DNA from: Chiloscyllium plagiosum
Lineage: Eukaryota
Assembly (NCBI RefSeq): GCF_004010195.1
Contig: NC_057752.1
Coordinates: 11,554,915-11,618,914, forward strand
Reading direction: 5' to 3'
Length of the DNA stretch: 64,000 bases
In this document: piece after piece, positions 38,324 through 50,008 of the stretch
How positions within the stretch are numbered: position 1 is the first letter of the stretch
How the letters are laid out: each line of letters opens with the position of its first letter
Notes under the pieces: model-generated
Seen by the model: the letters and a program-made list of their open reading frames with translations, nothing else
Told to the model about the DNA's origin: nothing
The model's database searches: none
Made by a program: the position numbers and the translations under genes

Positions 38324-38844
38324 CCACCTCCAAAAGGAAGCAAGTCTCAAAGACTCCAGGAAAGTCATCAATATTTTGGATGCAAGGATGTTTAAAAATC
38401 AACAAAAATATCACACATGGATAGAAGGACGAAAATCTGCTTCAGAATCGTACACCAGAAATCCCACATTAACAGAAATTCAAAGAACAACATTGTGCAA
38501 GGATTGAACCCTAAACACTTCCAGACACAGACACTGTTAGTTAGAATCAAGGCCAAGTTCCACCATTAATTGCGCAACAGCCAAGTTCAGTTGTGAGGTT
38601 AGCTTGCTAACTTGAGGGGACATACTTTGTTTGCGGCATGCAATAAAGTTCAAATCACTGTTTCGGTACTTGGTTGTCTGTGAGAGTTCTTCTGAAGGAA
38701 CTAAATTAAAGGTCGCCTGTAGTGTATTACCCACCATACTGTGTGTGCAGTAATTCCCCTACAGGCAGTCCTCATGTTATAAATAGGTTTCATTCTTGAA
38801 GATGTTTCGCAGTCGACTTGCATGTGAATCGGAACACGATACTT

Positions 38845-39145
38845 TTTACTCGGATAGTGATGGCGGCACAAGAGGACATAGCTTTAAATTAATGGGTGAT
38901 CAGTATAGGATAGATGTCAGAGGTAGTTTCTTTACTCAGAGAGCAGTTGGGGCATGGAATGCACTGACTGCAGCAGTGGTAGATTTGCCAACTTTAAGGG
39001 CATTTAAATGGTCATTGGATAGACATATGGATGATAATGGAATAGTGTAGGATAGTTGGGCTTCAGATTGGTTCTACAGGTCGGTGCAACATTGAGGGCT
39101 GAAGGACCTGTACTGCGCTGTAATGTTCCATGCTCTGTGTTCTAG
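38845..39145 (+). mobile_element. CR1 3' end, inserted next to a Tigger-like terminal remnant at about 38762
   Basis: TRGHSFKLMG..FFTQRAVGAWNAL. Confidence 0.75.
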
Positions 39146-42100
39146 AACAATCTAACATAGCTGGTCATAAGTAGGACCAAACCTCCCCATGTCGTTCTGC
39201 TAAACTTATACCAACACACCCATGTACAGGATCATCTTCGTACTTACAACAATGAAATAATAGTCAGAGTGGCTGATCCCCCCAATGCTGCATAATCACT
39301 GGCCCAGAGTGTTTCACTCCAGTCAGTGACCATACTCAGACCCATCCTGTCTTGAGACATTGTCCCATAACACTCTTCCATTCTTCCCGACTTTTAGGTT
39401 TGTTAGAACAGCACACGGCATTCCAGTGATTCAATAATTTTATGATGAAGAGAAATCTCTGTGAGACGAGACCAGTTCAGGGAACAGAATCTATCCACAA
39501 CCATCGGACAGGGAATTTCAGAGAATGATTTCACTGACTGGGTGTCTGTTGAGTTGGGATGACTCAGTCAGCCATGTTCAGTCACAGTGTGACAGCAGGA
39601 AACAAGCCCCACATTGATTCAGGCAAATTCAACATTTCCATACATTTTTAATCAACTTAACAGAGATGTGAGAAACACGTGGGGAACAGGGGGAACTTGG
39701 ACCCAGGCTTGCTTTAGTTCAGTAGTAAGGACACATTAAGCTGCCAGGCTATGATAGGGGATAAATACATTTAAGGACTGGACAGAAAGAGAGAGACTAC
39801 TCCCCCAGCTATTCAGTTGTGTGTTGTCTCTGCCGACAGAACTGTGAAATATTCGCTGAAACCTGAAATAACAGTTTGGCAGGTCTCTTCATTTCTTCTT
39901 CTCCTTTGGATACTTTAACCACAGGATATTTTTGCTTGTATTTTCAAGCCGGCACTACTTCTACAAAATACTTTTACTCATGTGTCTTGTTGGTCTTTCT
40001 CCTGTGATTGAATCTGCGTGCGTGTTGATTCTTTTGGGAAATACTTGAAGTTTTCAGATCAGTAATTACTCATCGATTATCCACTTGTTAAAGGATAGTT
40101 TTGTTACAGAAAACATGATTTCTGTTTTCTTGCTATTTATTTTCAATTTTAGTCTGGGAAATGGTTTCTTTATCTTAGATGGAGATCAATGAGATATTGA
40201 CCATCTGTAAGTGTTTCATATTTGAGATGACTTGTGGATGAGTGTATCTTGATATCCAGTGCAATGTTCCCACCATGTCTGTGACACTATCCTTAATCCA
40301 TGGTGGTATATTCCCAGAAATCCCGTGCCCATTCATATTGTTTCCAGTGAGGCACTTTATCAAAATCCTTCTGATAATCCAAATACACCACATCCACTGC
40401 TTCACCACATCAACTCTGCCAGGAACATCTTCAGGAATTCCTCTCAGTTCTCTCCCCTTCACAATTCCGTGCTGCCTCTTCTGAATCAGAGAATGTTTTT
40501 CTACTTGTAAAATAATTGTTTATTGTAAAATAATTGTTTGCTTTGCAATAAATTAATCACCCTCCCAATGACTGAGGTCAGGTTTACAAATCTACCACTG
40601 CCATTTTCATTGTCCAACCTTTCTTAAACAATGATGAGCCTTTTCAAATGCTGAACACCTGTCCACATTGAGATATTGATATCATTTGAACTGTGATGAT
40701 CAGTGTATGTGGTGGAAACCTTTATGTGACAATCACTCTCTCTGTCGCCATTTTCTTTCAACTCTCTCAGGCAAATGCCAGCGGGTCCCCTCAATGTGTC
40801 AACTTTCAGTCTCATTAATTTCTCCAATATGACTTCCCTACAATATTGAATTTCTTTCAGTTCCACACTTGCCTGGATCATTGAATTGTGAATGTGTTAG
40901 GGAGAGTTCCTCTGTCTTTCATTGTTAAGGTAAACATAAATTACATCTTTCCCTTCTCTACTGCTTCTCTCTTTCCTATTATACATGCCTGTCTCTTCCC
41001 GGAATTGACCCACATTCATCTTTCCGAATCTGTTTCGCTGAACATTGTGCAACCATCAGCGAACATCCGTCCCTTTGACTTGTGGTGGATGCAGTGTAAG
41101 ATGGATAGCCTGGGATACTACACTGATGAAATCCTGCAGAGATGTCCTGGAGTTGAGTTACCCACCCCCAAAACAACTACAACCATCTTCCATTGTCTTC
41201 CACATGGCTCCAAACGGAGGAAAAACTGCTCCCTGATTCACATTGACACTGGTTTTGTGGGGGCTCTTTTCCTACAAATTGCCAAACGTCTCCTTAATGT
41301 CAAGGACAGTCACTCCTACCAGGTCTCCAGTGTTTGTAATTTGTAATACGAAGAGGAAAACATCACGTGGTAATCCTACGTAAAGATTGGAACATGAAAA
41401 TTTCCACCAGAATAGTTTCATAACCTTAGTGATAGAGGAGTAGGAAATCTGCTGTCTTTTAACAATTAATGCAGTTAGCAAAGCTAAGTGTACCTCCTGA
41501 ACCAAGACCATATACGGTCCAAGCCCTTGACATTTAAGAATATTGGGAACTTAATTTACAGAGAACCTGAGCAGAAAGGTGTTAGTTTGTAAATGTTTAA
41601 GACATGTGAGGAAAGGCCAGCCAAGTGGAATGTGGAGCTTGTCACATGTAGGGAGTCCTGGACATTGTCAGTGTCCGAGATGACCACATGTGCAGGAGGT
41701 GTTCCCAGCTGCAGAAGCTGGAGCTCTGGGTCTCAGAGCTGGAGCAGCAGTTGGAGACACTGTGGCACATCCACAAGGCTGAGAGTGACATGGACAGCAC
41801 ATTTAGAGAGGTAGTAGTCACATTGCAGCTCAAAGAACAAGAGGGAAGAAGGGAATGGGTGACCACCATACAGTCCAAAAAGAGCAAGCAGGTAGTGCAG
41901 GAGTCCCCTGGGGTCCCCCTCACTAACCGGTATTCTATTTTGGAAGCTGATATGGGTGCTGGTACCTCGGAGGAATGCAGTCAGAGCCAAGCTTCTGGCA
42001 CCACAAGCAGCTTGACTGTACAGGGGGAGGAATAAAGAAAGAGGGATTCTTTAGTCAGGGGAGCAAACATCTGCACCCAAAGATATTACTCCAGGATGGT

Positions 42101-43309
42101 ATGTTGCCTCCCTAGTGCTAGGGTCAGGAATGTCACTGAACGGCTGCAGGGCATCCTGAAAGAAGTGGGTGATGGGTTAGAGGGCGGGCAGCATATTGGT
42201 CCCGATGATATGGGCAAAGTGAGGAATGACATCTTGCATAAAGAATTCATGGAACTAGTCAGGAGATTAAAAAGCAGGACCTCAACAGTTGTCATCTCTG
42301 GATTATTACCAGTTCCACGAATCGGTGAGTATAGAAATAGGAAAATTGGTTGGATGAACACGTGGTTCAAGAGTTCATGCAAGAGGGAGGGTTTAAATTC
42401 CTGAATCACTGGGACCATGTTTGGAAAAGGTGGGACATGTGTAAAGAGGATGGTTTGCACCTGAACCACACTGGGACCGACATGCTTACGGGTAGGTTTG
42501 CTAATGCTGTTGGGAGGAATTTAAACTCATCTGGCAGGGGGAGGCGACACAGGATGTTGATGAAATAGAGCCATATCATGGTACAGCATAGGAAGCAAGT
42601 CAAATTGAGTTCAGCGATGTTTAGTGTCATGAGAGTAATGCAAGGCTGGATGGCCTTTAATGTGAGGAGTGTAATAGGTCAGACTGATGAGTTAATGGTG
42701 TGGATTGACACATGGAACTGTGATGTTGTTATCATCACAAAAACATGGTTGAGGTAAGGGCTGGCATGGCAACTCAACATTCCCAGGTACAGGATATTTA
42801 GGCGAGACAGAGGAGGGCGTATAAAGGGTGGTGATGAAACACTATTAATGAAGGATTCTATTACTGCAAGAAGGAGAGATGTTATCTTAGATGGGCCCTC
42901 AAACGAGGTTTTGTGGATAGAACGTGGGAATGTTCAGGGCGCAGCTACTTTACTGGAAGTATACTATCGGCCCCCAAAGAGTCAGCGGGAAATCGAGGAG
43001 TCAACATGAAGATGGTTCACAGAGATATGTGATAATAATTGTCGATAATTGTAAGGAAAAAAAGGGAAAAGGTCTTTCCCCCAACTATATCCCCTCCAAA
43101 CACTCTCGGAGGAGGGACAACAACGAGTCACTCAACTCAATCGAAGTCAAAGCAAACTAAAAATCAAATCCCCTAGGGCCATCCCCATCAATCTCACATG
43201 GGATAGGGACAACAAGGGTTAGAATGAATCTCTTGTTTCTCTCAGAAAGTCCAAAACGATTATGTGAAACAAAATTACACTGGAGCGAAAACATACTAAA
43301 TGATGGGTG

Positions 43310-44075
43310 GATGATTCACTCCAGCTCCTGCAGTGCCCACCAGTCTCGACCATGCTGGTGATGACCATGTGCTCCATTTCCAGTGACACCCGAGGGCTGA
43401 TGTAACCGCGAAAGAGGAGCAGCTAGTCAGGAATGACAAGGCCCTCCTTCGCCTGCTGCCTGGACCTATTAATGGCTATCTTGGCCAGGCCCAGGAGCAC
43501 AGGCATGAGAAGGCCTGTAGACTTGTCTGCCCACCCCCACACCTGGTGTCAGTAGATCAGGAGGGTGGGAGCGAATGTTAAACAACATTTTAACAGCAGC
43601 TGTTTCAAAAACCGAACAAGAGGCTACAAATGGACACACTGGACATACACATGGAAAACCTCCAGGCCACAGAACGGGCGTGTGGTCTGACACCCGGTGA
43701 ATTCCCTCAGTCTACAGTTGCTTGGGATCACTGCATGCAGCCCTCCACACACCAGATCCCCAAGGTAAGATGGGAGGACCCCTTTGTAGATGACCCTCCT
43801 ATGGGAATGTCAGCTCACAGAGGGAAAAATGTCACACCAAGGCATGGCTGGGCAGTGGGCGGAGGTGTAGCAGTGGAGAATGTGCAGCATCAGCCCGTAC
43901 ATATAACGCCACTGTGCTGTTCTAAAGGGCACCAGGAGGATTTCCCCCAGACAACTCAAATTGTGGAACACCACTTCACAGGGCAGTGTACGGGGTGTGG
44001 GATTGTTGTCGAGTTCCAGACGGACAGGGGTCAGAAATCTGCCTCCTTCCTTGCTCCAGAGGGCACTGTGTGACA
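43310..44075 (-). mobile_element. Tx1/L1-like LINE ORF2 C-terminal zinc-knuckle remnant
   Basis: Minus-strand translation includes GDLVWRGLHAVIPSN..PFCGLEVFHVYVQC..LLGLAKIAINRSRQQA. Confidence 0.6.
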
Positions 44076-44303
44076 CTGATTATTCCTCATTTATTCATGT
44101 TCATCCATTGTTCTTGATGCAGTCATCTTTGGTATGATTGAAATATGCTGTTTAATGACAGCCTTGAGTTAATGCTCTGAGTACTCTTTTTGTCATCGCT
44201 AATATTAGATAGATTTTCTCCTGCAGAACCTTTCTTTTCCTCCATTCATCCCGCTATCACTGTTATCCATTCCCCTTCACATGCTGTGGCATTACCATTT
44301 GTT

Positions 44304-45193
44304 TTATTGATGCTGACATTGAATAGTTCGCTTGAAAGGAAACATCAACGCATTTGTGAATTTTTCTCTGAACTTAGACAGTGTTGCTACATAAATAAGT
44401 GTGTTTGTGCAGCAGTTTATATCCCGGAGCATATATGCAACATATTGGAATATATATTCAGAATATATATCTAATAATGGATATAAAGTACCAAAATAAT
44501 GCAAAAGGTACCACATCCATAGAAGGATGAAACTACTGGATATCGCGAAGAGTAAAATGATAGACTTTCTTCTGCTCTCCATCTCCGAGTCACAATGATT
44601 CTGCCCCTTGCTCTGATCCCTCAGTCTCTTACGGGCTCGACTGGCCACTAAAATGTACCTGACTGTCAGAGTGTTGATCAACAGAATTAAAGCAAATGGG
44701 AGCATTGGAGTTAAGATCTTTTCAAACCTTTTGAATCGTCTCCATATGGGATCGTTATAATATGCTTCACTACTGGTGCAGTACCACTCGACATTGTTAA
44801 TGATTCGTTTAGCTTCGTACCTGAAGTAGGTGGGAATGTTTTTGAAACAGAGCAGAATGCCTGTTGTTGCTAGAACCACTGTCGCAGTTTTCTTGGTGCA
44901 ATATTTCGTTTTCAACTTCTGGCAACAAATGGCAACAAATCGATCAAAGGTAAAAGTGACAGTGAACCAGACAGAACAATCGGTGGCAGCACGGCGCAGG
45001 ATATAGTGAACTCTGCAGACAGTCGTCACATCCAAGAAATTAAGAGGGAAATAAGAATTATTGATCCGGTACAGTATGACCTCAAGGATAATGTACAGTA
45101 GATCCACTGTTGCCATGGTGACCAGGTAAGATGTGGTGCATGGGGAGATTCCACATTTTCCTCTGAATAAAATCACAAGTGCTAGTAAATTCA
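44304..45193 (-). CDS. GPR139-like GPCR copy B, exon 2 (intact)
   Basis: Acceptor cttctctcacag; VNLLALVILFRGKCGIS, VCRVHY, FDRFVAICC, WYC, NCCTNTLIY, helix 8 SKFREKF, stop at 44304. Confidence 0.85.
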
Positions 45194-46857
45194 CTGTGAG
45201 AGAAGGGAAAGGAGATTAGAAATTATAGAAAAAACATTCACAGTTTCTGAGGGCAGACCATTGAACAAAACAAATCAGCCATGCCTTCAACAGATCTCCA
45301 AGGTGGACAGATCAGGGTAAAGATCAGGTTGAACAGGTATCAGTCAGAGGGATGTAACAGACTGCTCACCGGTAGCAGCTCAGTACTTTAATATTCCAAT
45401 GAGGAATTGTGTGCCTGAAGCTGGAGAAGTGCAACTTTGGAGTAGGCTCTCTCCTCCCTCGGTTGCAATGTGTTTTATTTTATTTTGGGAAGTGCTTTAC
45501 CTGCAAAGAAATACTCACTACCCCATTGGACACCATCTCTGAGTTGAGTGTCTGTCCTTCACACATCACATTTTGTGGCCTTACCTCATGTAGATCAGCC
45601 TTACTCACCATTACTTTGAACTCCACCCACAACTCCCATCCATATTAACAAATTGTTGGGAATTTGCAAATCAGTCAGAGATTTTGCTTTCACTTCCAGA
45701 CTTGTTTCAGCAATGAGCAAAGTGTTTGTTGATGCATTAAATTCCAAGGAACCGGTAGATTTCCTTTTTTCCGTCATACTGTTTGGCATCCAGCTTCCAA
45801 TTGAACTGTGTCTCTGTGACGAGACTCCAGTTGATGTGAGGGTGGATGCAGGAAGAAAGCTCTGTAGATCTGTTCCCACTACTCCACATATCACCAAGTG
45901 AAATAAAACTCACAAGAATGCACATCATCAATTTACATTTCACACAAAATGATTTGTCAAAAACGTTCCTCAGCAAAAGCATTTTTTTTACAATGAGGAA
46001 AAAACATTCAACATGTATGGCATCTTTGATAAACATGGAATTCAGGAAGGTAGGGGAGTAAATGGTTATCGCAATTAAACGTACCAAAAGACAATCTCTC
46101 CCGCTCTGTCTCTCTCTCTCTCTCTCCCTCTCCTGCTTTCCCTCTCTTTCTCTCTCTCTCTCTCTCTCTTCCTGTTCCCGAAAGGAGCAGAGAACAAAAC
46201 AGGTTCTCTTTCAGACATGGAGAAATTCCAAAAGAACAGACACAGTCTGACTAACAGATTATTTGTGAACACAAAATGAAAAGGTTTTGGATGTTGCAAT
46301 GTAATTTGTTCTGTGTTTTTACACGTGGTTATGCCACTAACATGCACCTTTGCCACGCTGTCTTGTACATAGAGATTCTTCAGAAAATATAATGTTTTGA
46401 TGCTCTTCCAGGCATCCTTTCAAAATAAGGAATACGTTTCACTCTGAAATGATGTCATGGGATTTTTTGTTTCTGAATTGGGAGAGGTAATCTGGAGCAG
46501 CATTCTTACGGCAGCTTTCTCTCCAATTCAGCATGTTCTTAGCAGACCTTTCTCCAACTCAACTATATCCTCAGAACCTTCCCTCAACTCCAGTGTGTTC
46601 TTACCAAGCATTCTGCCAACTCAACACGTTTTAATGAGCTTCTGTGCAATTCACCTTGTCCTCAGCAGATCTCCTCCAAATGAATCCGATACAATAACTT
46701 CTCCAAGACAGTCATTGTTCAAAACATATTGACTCATGCAAACTCAACAATTTGAGACACACATGGGGAGCTTGTAACCAGGCCTGCTTTAGTTCAGGTG
46801 CAGGGACACTACCACTGCACCACAAGCACCATACCCTCAGCAATCACAGACACTTTC

Positions 46858-46908
46858 CAGGCAAACCAAGTCCAGCTATTGCAACATAGAATATCTTCTT
46901 GACCACTT
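46858..46908 (-). pseudogene. GPCR copy B exon 1 remnant (start codon deleted, donor GT>GA)
   Basis: Reads *VVKKIFYVAIAGLGLP G|gaaagtg; about 256 bp present in copy A (25771-26026) is missing. Confidence 0.8.
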
Positions 46909-48216
46909 AGACATTCTTAGGCTCAGAAATCTCTCAAAGTACTCCTACCCAGCATTTTAATCATTGAATCCCTACTGACAGGAAACATCCCAACAAGTCC
47001 AGACCAACCCTCTCAAGTATAGCCCACCCAGACCGATTTCCTTACATTTACCCTGACTCATGCACCTCACCTACACATCCCTGGACAAATTTGCATGGCC
47101 AATTCATCTAATCTACACTTCTTTGGATTGTGGGAGAAAGTCCACACTAGCACAGGGAGAATGTGCAAACTTCACACACACAGAGTGGCTTGAGGCTGGA
47201 ATCGAACCCGGGTCCCTGGTGCTTTGAGATAGCAATGCGAACCACTAAGCCAACATGCCATCCTAAATGTTTGAGACCTGGCCGGTGGGAGGGTTTGCCA
47301 CAGGGTCTGTGCTGACTGGGTTAGCTCTCTGTCAGAGCAGCTCAGCTTCTCTCAATCAGCAACCTCACTTCAACCATCTCTTCACTGTTTCCCTCAGCCA
47401 GATCAGGAGTAATGTGTCCAGTTCTGGTCGCATTCATGCAGAAAGGATAAAATTAAGCTGGGTAATGTTCAGAAAAAGTTTACCAGGATGTTTCTAGGAA
47501 TAGAAGGTTTCAGTTATAAGGAGAGGCTAGATAGGCTGGTGTTGTTTCCACTGGATCGCATGTGGTTGAGCAGTGACCTTATGAAGGTTGATAAAACCAT
47601 GAGGTGTTGCAAATGAGGTGAATAGCTGGCCTCTTTTCCCTCCGGTGGGGGATTTCCAGACTCGGGGTATATTTTTTAATGTGAAAGGAGAACGATTGAA
47701 ACAGACATGAGGGTATTTTGTTTAACACACAGAAAGCTTTGTGTGCAGAATGAACCCCCAGAGGATGTGGGTACAGTGACAACATTTAAAAGACATTTAG
47801 ATAAGTACATGAATGGGAAATGTTTGCAAAGATATGAGCCAAGGGCAGGCAGGTGGGACTAGATTATTTTGGAATTATGGTCTGCAGGGACTGGTTGGAC
47901 CGAAGGGTTTCCTTCCGAGCTGTATGACTTTCTGACTCTATGACTGAGGCGATAAATCAATGTCCTTCAGATTCAATCTTTCGTACCCACACTCCAAGAC
48001 CATTTTGTTCAGATCCGAACCACTGCCCTGGAACGTTTTGCATCAGGACACTGTTTTATTCACTGCCATTCAGTGTGTATCTGTGTCTTTGATGAACTTT
48101 CCCCCAACTCATTTTGCTCATTGTGGGTCTCTCTCTGCTTCTGTTACCTTTCTGAGTCTCTGCAACACGCCATCTCTGGAAAGTGGGGTCTCTGTAACAT
48201 TTCTCACCCCTACACC

Positions 48217-48800
48217 CTGTGATGATGCTGTCACTTTAAAAAGGCCATTTTGTCCTGGGTTGTTTTGAAGCGTGGGTGTAAAGGTATAGGTCCCGAGGAA
48301 TCTGGGGAGTTTAACAGTGTAACAATGGAAGGGGAGTGGCCAGTTCTCCCAGATCAGGTTTCCTCCAGTTTTATTTTTGATGCAGCATTCACAAGATATT
48401 GGAGTCCAGACGTGTTGCAAGCTTCAGTAAAGAATTTGTCTGACTTTCTCTGAAATCTCTCTCTGGAAGTTGTTCCTACCTGCCTGCTGAATCTGTGTTT
48501 GAATTAACCTTTCTGTCTAAGGTTGTTCTTATGGGATGTTACTGTATTGGAACAGCTCGTTAGTTAAGTTGCTGTCTCGGGTCTGTTATGTTTGTTATAG
48601 ACCAGGCCAGACACCCCTCAAAATATTTTGAGAAGGGAGCCTAGACCCTAACTTTTTCTTATTGTAAATGCAGGTGTGAAGTGGATATTCCAGGTGTGAT
48701 GCAGCTGGTCAAACCACTCGGCTTTAAGCAAAACTTATTTAATTTAAACACCACAGTTGAAGCACAAACTAAAGAAATCGGAATTTAGAATAACTTAATG
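48217..48800. mobile_element. Inverted Gypsy LTR pair (paralog of 27331 onward)
   Basis: tgtgatgatgctgtcac at about 48218; junction tgttatagaccagg at 48592. Confidence 0.65.
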
Positions 48801-49891
48801 ATGGGTCAAATACTGGCAAATGGGACGAGATTGGGTTAGGATATCTGGTAGGCATGGACGAGTTGGACAGAAGGGTCTGTTTCCATGGTGTACGCCTTTG
48901 TGACTGTACTGGAAAACCTACCATATATACCATATCTGAGTAATATTCAGATAATTTCTGACTACCTTTTAAGGTTAAATTGATGGGATCGACTATTACA
49001 TGGATACTACTTTTGAGTGGCTGAAATGCATGCCCGCCAAAATTAATTCCATATCATTAGCAGAAATCCAATTGATCTCTAAATAAATAAAGAGAAAAAA
49101 AAAATCACGGTAATGCTGAAAACCCGGAGTGGAGCGTGACAGCCTACGCACTGGAAGACCAAGACTGAAGGGTGATGACCAGCACGCTCACTCATAAATG
49201 TTGATCTCTTCTCTGTGAAGGACTAGGGTCTATTATTATACAAGATACATCGAAAATTCCAGATTTTGTTTGACAAAACATTGACAATTACGTTCTCTCA
49301 TCCTGACACATATATAATTTTCACATTGAATGGTTGCAATAATAAGTTGCATCGAAACAGTCTGGAATTTTGTCCTTAAGTTTCTCCACAAATTTTAATG
49401 GGTTATGATCAGTATATACAATTGTCTCAGACACATTACTAGCAACATAAATGTGGAAATATTTTAACATTGACTCTAAGCTCAAGGTCTCCTTCTCTGT
49501 TGTCGAATATTTCTGTTGACGAATATTCAATTTCCTGGAGAAGTACCCGATAGGTCTTTCTTTCTTTTCATCGTCTTCTTTTAAGAGTACAGCAGCGACA
49601 CCCACATCACTCGCATCGATAGCCTCTTTGAACATCTTTGCTTCATGAGGTATGGCCAATACTGGGGCAGTGGTCAACTCAGCTTTCAGGCTGTCAAATC
49701 CTGTCTAACAGTTTACCGTCCATTGAAACTTTCTGCAGTTCTTCAATAAGTCAGTGGAGTAGTACGTGGAGCAGCCACTTTCCTAAAATTTGGCACGAGT
49801 TTCCAATAAAATTCACTCAATCCCAGGAATCGTGGTACTCCTCTCTTCATTGATGGCATGGGAAACTCCTCAATATGTTTCTTCAATGTTT

Positions 49892-50008
49892 CCGGAAGAA
49901 ATATCACAGAAGGGCTTCACAGGAGGCTCCCAAGCACTGAGGATGTCACCTAGACAGGGGACGAAACGTCTGCAACACAAATTCCCAGCTCGGCGAACAG
50001 AACCACAA
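49892..50008 (+). mobile_element. Penelope-like pLTR fragment with an intact hammerhead (49934-49973), inserted in Gypsy pol
   Basis: gcactgaggatgtcacctagacaggggacgaaacgtctgc, identical to 13351-13390. Confidence 0.75.

Larger units (their letters stand above)
39520..49270 (+). repeat. Segmental duplication unit B (paralog of 18950-28310)
   Basis: Starts with the same gaatgatttcactgactgggtgtctgttgag; colinear with unit A. Confidence 0.9.
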
